Source: Nitriliruptoraceae bacterium (lineage in GTDB: Bacteria; Actinomycetota; Nitriliruptoria; Nitriliruptorales; Nitriliruptoraceae). From it: 64,000 bases of DNA. Each line of letters opens with the position of its first letter. Within the stretch, counting starts at the first letter, position 1. The stretch spans positions 4,534 to 68,533 of the forward strand of contig JBLRWQ010000003.1 in assembly GCA_047921175.1 (NCBI GenBank), in the 5' to 3' direction. Of the stretch, positions 57,501 to 63,500 are shown piece by piece. A model generated the notes under the pieces. That model ran no database searches and was not told the origin of the DNA. It was given only the letters and a program-made list of their open reading frames with translations. Position numbers and translations under genes: made by a program.

Positions 57501-60500
57501 GACCTCCGTGGCGGAGCCGGCGATCCCGATCGGTGCGACGGCGAGGGCGGCGGCGAGCGCAGCGGTGTCGACCTCGCTCGTGCCGGTGGCCCGGACCGCC
57601 AACTGGCCGCCGGCCAGGACCGCGATCGGTCCCTCGACCACCGCGCTGACGAGGTCGTCCACGAGGGTGGTGATCGCGATACCCGCACCGGCGAGGGAGA
57701 AGCCGACGCCGGCGGCGAGCGATGCCGCGACACCGGCCGCGCCGTCGAGGATCGAGGTGGACGTCGCCGCGACGGTGAGGTTCCCGCCCGCGACCGCCAC
57801 CTGCGGTGTGGTGGCCGTGAGGCGCGCTTGCACATCGTTGGCGATCAGGGTGTCGACCACCGAGATCCCGACCGACACGGCCCCGAGGGAGCCGCTGATC
57901 GCCAGTCCGACCGCCTTCGCTGCGCCCACCTCGGTGCCGCCGACCGCGAGCACCGCGAGGTGGTGGCCGGCCAGGACGCTGCTGTCCTCGATCGCCGCGA
58001 GGACCCGGGTGCTGGCGACGCTGGTCGCCTCCGCGCCGGCGCTCGCGACCGCAGCGCCGATGCCGATGGCGATCGCGACCGAGCCGGCGTAGGAATCGGT
58101 GGTGATCCGGTCGGTGGCGCTGGCCGTCACCCGCAGGTCACGGGTGGCCCAGACCTGCGAGCCCTCGATCACGGCGAGCACGCGGTTGGTGCGGGGTCCC
58201 TCGGCCAGCGTGTCGGGGCCGAGCAGGTTGCGGGCGATCGAGACACCGACCGAGCCCGCCACCGCGACGAACCCGCCGGCGATGCTGCCCGCGGCCGCGC
58301 CGGCGACCGCCGACAGGGTGCTGGCGCTCGTGGCCTCGACGATGACGTCGTGGAGCGTGGTCAGCCCGGTCCCCTGCCAGTTCGCGTTGTTCGGGTAGTC
58401 CTGAGCCAGGTCGCTGAGGTCGATGGGGTCCTCCCCCGCGGCGATGTCGCGGTCGTCGTCCTCGCCGACGTAGCGCCAGACGGTGCCGTCGGGGCGCTCC
58501 ACGAGGTCGTTGGTGTGGAGGCTCGCGACCAGCTGGACGGCGGGCCCGTACATGATCGGAACGTCGCCAGCGGTGACCTCGCTGTCGACGATCGTCGCCA
58601 GGACCTGGTTGGCGATCAGGTTGGTGGCGTCCGCCCCGGCACCGCTCAGCGCGATACCGACGAAGGAGCCGGCGGCCGACAGTGACGAGGCGACGGCGCC
58701 TGCTGCGATGCCGGCGGTCTCGTCGGCGAGCACCTGGACGCTGCCGGCGCTCGCGGTGACGTCGGCATCGCGGATCTCGGCCGTGACGACGTTCGTGATC
58801 TGGTTGTAGGCGAGTGCGACCCCGATCGACACGCTGACCGCGGCGAGACCCGAGAACGCGGCGGCGACGGACGCAGCGCCGGCGATCGCGTTGATCGTGG
58901 AGCTGTCCTCCGCGCTGACCGTGATGCCCCGCAGCGCGCCGATCGCGGTGCTCGCCGAGCCGACGATGCTGGCGGTGACCTCGGCGGCGATCCGGTTGGT
59001 GGTCTCCACACCGGCGCCGGAGCCGCCGACCGCGACCGTCCCGGATCCGGCGAGCGCGACCGAGCCGGCCAGGACCACGGAGGAGATCCGTCGGTTGGCG
59101 TCGGCGACGACGTCGATGCGTCCGTGCCCGGTGACGACGGTCCGCGTGAGGGCCGCGCGCGTGATCGCCGCGTTCGGTTCCAGGGCGACCTGCTCCCACG
59201 ACGTCGGGTCGCTGTAGCTCAGGGCGGCCAGGTCGAGCCTCGCGCCGTCCTCGCCGGTCAACGCGGTGGTGCCGAGGTACCGGTAGACCTCGCCGCCCCG
59301 TGCGCCGCCGACCACGAGCACCGTGTCGCCGGACTCGATCTGGTACGGCATCTCGTTCTCGCCGAGATCGGTGCGGTAGGTCGGTGTCGCCTCGCCCGGC
59401 TCCCACCCGATGTAGTTGCGGGCGACCGCGGCGCCGACGGACGCGCCCACACCGACCACGCCACCGACGGCGACGGAGCCGGAAGCGGCCGCGACGATCG
59501 CGTCGATGCTCGCGGTGTCGCTCGCGCGGACCAGCAGGTCGCCGGTGACGGTGACGATCGCGTCGACGACCTCGGCGACGGTCGACGTGGTGATCACGTT
59601 GATGGCACGGGCGCCGGCGCCACTCAGCCCGACCGCGACGGTCCCCGCGAACGAGATCGCCGCGGACGCGGCCGCGGACACGGCCCGGATCGCCGCGTCA
59701 CCGGACGCCTCGACGGACAGGGGGCCACCCAGGGAGTCGACGGTGGCACCGTCGATCGCCGCACGCACGACGGTGCGGATGGTGTTCTCGGCCAGGGAGA
59801 CGCCGATCGAGAGCGCGACCCCGGCCGTGCCGCCGAACGCTCCGGCGATCGATGCCGCCGCGGCGACCGCGTTGATCCTCGAGGTGTCCTCGGCCGTCAG
59901 GTGCACGCCGGCGGCGGTGATCGGACCGTTGCTCGTGGCGTCGGTGGCCTCGATGACGGCCTCGACCAGGGTCCCGATGCGGTTGCGGACGTCCACGCCG
60001 GAGCCGGCGAGGCCGATGCCTGCGGTGCCACCACCGCCGATCGCGACCGAGCCCGCGACCACGACGGCGCTGATGGTCTGCGACGAGGTGGCGATCAGCC
60101 GGACCTCCCCGACCGCGGTGACGGTGGACCCGGCGATCCTGGCCGAGACCCAGGCGGTCGGGACGCCGTCGGTGAACCCCAGGTCGTTGCGGGCGATCGC
60201 GACGCCGATGGACGCGCCGACCCCGGCGGTCCCACCGACGCCGATCGACAGCGACGCGGCCACGATGGTCGCGGTGAGCCGCGACTCGTTGGCGGCGGTC
60301 AGCTCCACGTCGGCGGCGCTGTCCACGGTGCTGTCGGTGACGTGCGCGTCGACCCGGGTGTCGTCACGGTTCAGCGCGACCGCGCCGGCGCCGGCGACCG
60401 ACACGCCGGCGGTGCCACCGATCCCGGCAGCGAGCGACGCCGCGGCTGCAACCACCTGGATCGTGGGAGCGGCGACCGACAGCTGTCCGCCGTCGAGGAG

Positions 60501-63500
60501 GGTCAGCAGATAGGTCCGACCGTCGACGTCGGTGAGCTGCCAGGCCTGCCCCGGCACCAGCGTGAGCAGCGTGACCCGGAAGTCCTCGCCGTCCGTGGTG
60601 TTGAGGATCAGACCCTCGTCCTCGAGCAGCCCGACCAGCTCCTGCTGAACCGCCCGTGCCGCCGCCGGCGAGAGGGCGGTCAGCTCCCACTGGCTGGTGC
60701 TGGCGTAGTCCATCGTGGCGAGGTTCGGGGTCGCGACGTCCACCCCGAGGTAGCGGTAGGTGTTGCCGGCGTACATGCCCGAGACCACGAGGACGGTGTG
60801 TCCTGCCTGCAGCACCGTGACACCGATGGCGTCGGAGCGGTAGGTGGCGGTGGCCGCGGGTTCGTGGGTGTCGCCGTCGTCCGCGCCCGGGGATGCGGCG
60901 ACGTCGCTCTGGGCGAGATCGAGCTCCATCGGGGTGAGGTCCCCGAGGTCGACCGTGAACAGCGACGTCCCGGCGGCCAGCGCGGTGACGGTCACGTCGC
61001 CGGTCTCCGTGGTGACGGCGCTGTCACTGATGGAGGCCTCGACGTCCCGGTCGAGTCGGTTGACGGCGATCGAGATGCCGACGGCGACGGAGACGCCCGC
61101 CGTGCCACCCATCGATGCGGCCACGGAGGCGGCGGCCACGACCGCCCGGATGCTCGAAGCGTCGGTCGCGGTGACGGTGACCGCGGCTGCCGTGACGTCG
61201 GATCCCTCGACCGCGGCGCGGATGTCCCCACCGATCCGGTTCTCCGCGTGCGCGCCAGCCCCGCTGACGGCGACGCCGGCCTTCGTTCCGCCGGACAGCG
61301 CCGCGGCGACGGCGAGGACGGTGGCGTCGATCGACCGGGCCGCCGACGTGGTCACGGTGAGGTCACCGGAGGAGACGATCGTGGCGCCGTCCACCACCGC
61401 TACGGTCCCACCGACGACCGGCGTGAGGTTGGTGAGCTGCCACTTCGTCGGGTCGGCGAACTCCTCGCTGGTGAGGTCCCAGGTGGCCGTCAGGGGGGCC
61501 CCGACGTACCGGTAGACGGTGCCGCCGACGTTGACGGTCTCCCCGGTCCCGAGGACCTGCGGGAAGCTGTCGAGCTGGTGGGTGGCATCCTCTGGTTCCA
61601 CGTCGTCGGCGAGCTCCCAGGCGTCATCCTCCGCGTGGTCGAAGGCGCCGAGGTCGACCGTCGCGTGGGCGTCCAACGGTCCGACCCAGACGTAGGTGTC
61701 ACCCGAACGCGGCCCGTGGACGACCCGGACGGTCTCATCGGGTTGGAGGACGGCCACGGTCCCGTCGTCGCTGTGGTGATCGGCGACGTCCGGGCCGTAG
61801 GGGTCCCAGCCGATGATGTTCTGCGCGACCGACACACCGAGGGCGACGCCCACGCCGACGTCCCCGCCGGAGAAGGCGAACGAAGCGGCGAAGGCCAGGA
61901 TCGTCGCGGTGATGCTGGCGGTGCTGTCCGCCGTGACGGTGACGGCGCCGACCGGCTCGTCCTCGGTCCCCACGGCGGTGTTCGCCAGGGAGGCGTGGGT
62001 CGTGCTGAGGATCACGTTCCGTGCCATCGCCCCGCCGCCGGAGACGGAGACCGCCGGGCTTCCGCCCGCCATGGACACCGACACCGCGACCGCGATCGCC
62101 TGGACCGTGATGGAGGAGTCATCGGTGGCGGTGACGGTGACGGGCGCGCCGTCCGTCATGACCGAGGTGGGACCGTCGACCCTCGCCGTCACCTGGTTGG
62201 CGATCCGGTTGAGCCCCAGCGAGAAGCCGACCGAGACCGAGACCGCCCGGTCGCCGCCCAGGCTGGCGGTCACGGCGGCGCCGTTGGTCTGGGCATCGAT
62301 GCTCGAGCCGTCCGAGGCAGCGACCAGGATGTCCCCACCGACGGTGGTGATCGCACCTGCGCCGTCGATCGAGGCCGTGACGTGGACGGCGATCGAGTTG
62401 TCGGCCCAGATCCCGCCGACGCCGACGGTCGTGGCGTTCCCGCTGGTCGCGGCGACCGCCACCGAGACAGCCTCCACGATGGCGTCGATGCTGGCCGTCG
62501 AGCCAGCGGTGACGCTGATGTCGCCTGCGGCGGTGAGGCTGGAGCCGCTGGAGGTAGCGGTGACGTCGATCGGGTCCTGGCCGGTGTACTCGTCCCAGCC
62601 GATCAGGTTGCGGGCGATGGAGGCGCCGATCGCGACCGCCGTGGTCGTCTCGTTCCCGACCGCGATCGCGACGCTGATGGCCCGGATGAGCGCGTCGATC
62701 GCCGCCGTGTGCTCGGCCTCGACGCTGATGGCGCCCTGCCCGGCGTCGGTGCCGTCGGCGGTCACGGTGCTGCCCGTGACGAGCGCCTCGGTGCTGCCGG
62801 CGATGACGTTGACCGCGGTCGCGCCGCCACCGGAGAACGCCATGCTGTCCTTGCTCGCGCCCACCGAGAACCCGATGGCGGACGCGGTCGCCGTGGCGTC
62901 GATCGCGGCGGCCTGCGTCGCGGACACGGTGACGGAGCCGGCCTCCGCGTGAGCGGAGGAGGCGGTGACCTCAGCGAGGACGTCAGCGTGGATCTCGTTC
63001 CGGGAGATGGAGAGGCCGACGGCGATGGACCTCGACCCCTCGGCGCTGATAGTGACGGCCAGCACCGGCGAGTCGACGAAGGAGGTGATGGAGGTCGCGT
63101 CGCTGGCGACGACCTCGATGTCGCCGGCTCGCACGGCGGAGGAGTCGCGGATCGCGGCGGTCACGTCGGTCGCGATCTTGTTCATCGCGAGCACGGCGCC
63201 GACCGAGATCGCCTGCCTGTCGCTCGTTCCGGACGACACCAGCGTGGTGACCGCGTTCGCGACGGACGCGTCGATCGTCGCGGTCGACAGCGCGCGGACG
63301 GTGACCGCTCCTGCGACGTCCACGGTCGAGCGTTCGATGACGGCGGAGGTCCGCATCGCGTCGGGGTCGCCGATCAGCGAGCCGAGCAGCGCGTCGACGA
63401 GGTTGAACAGCAGGTTCTGGGACTCCCAGCCGATCGTGTTGAACGCCACGACCCCACCGACGGAGACGCCCTGCGACGAGGTCGTCGCGTTCGCGCTGGC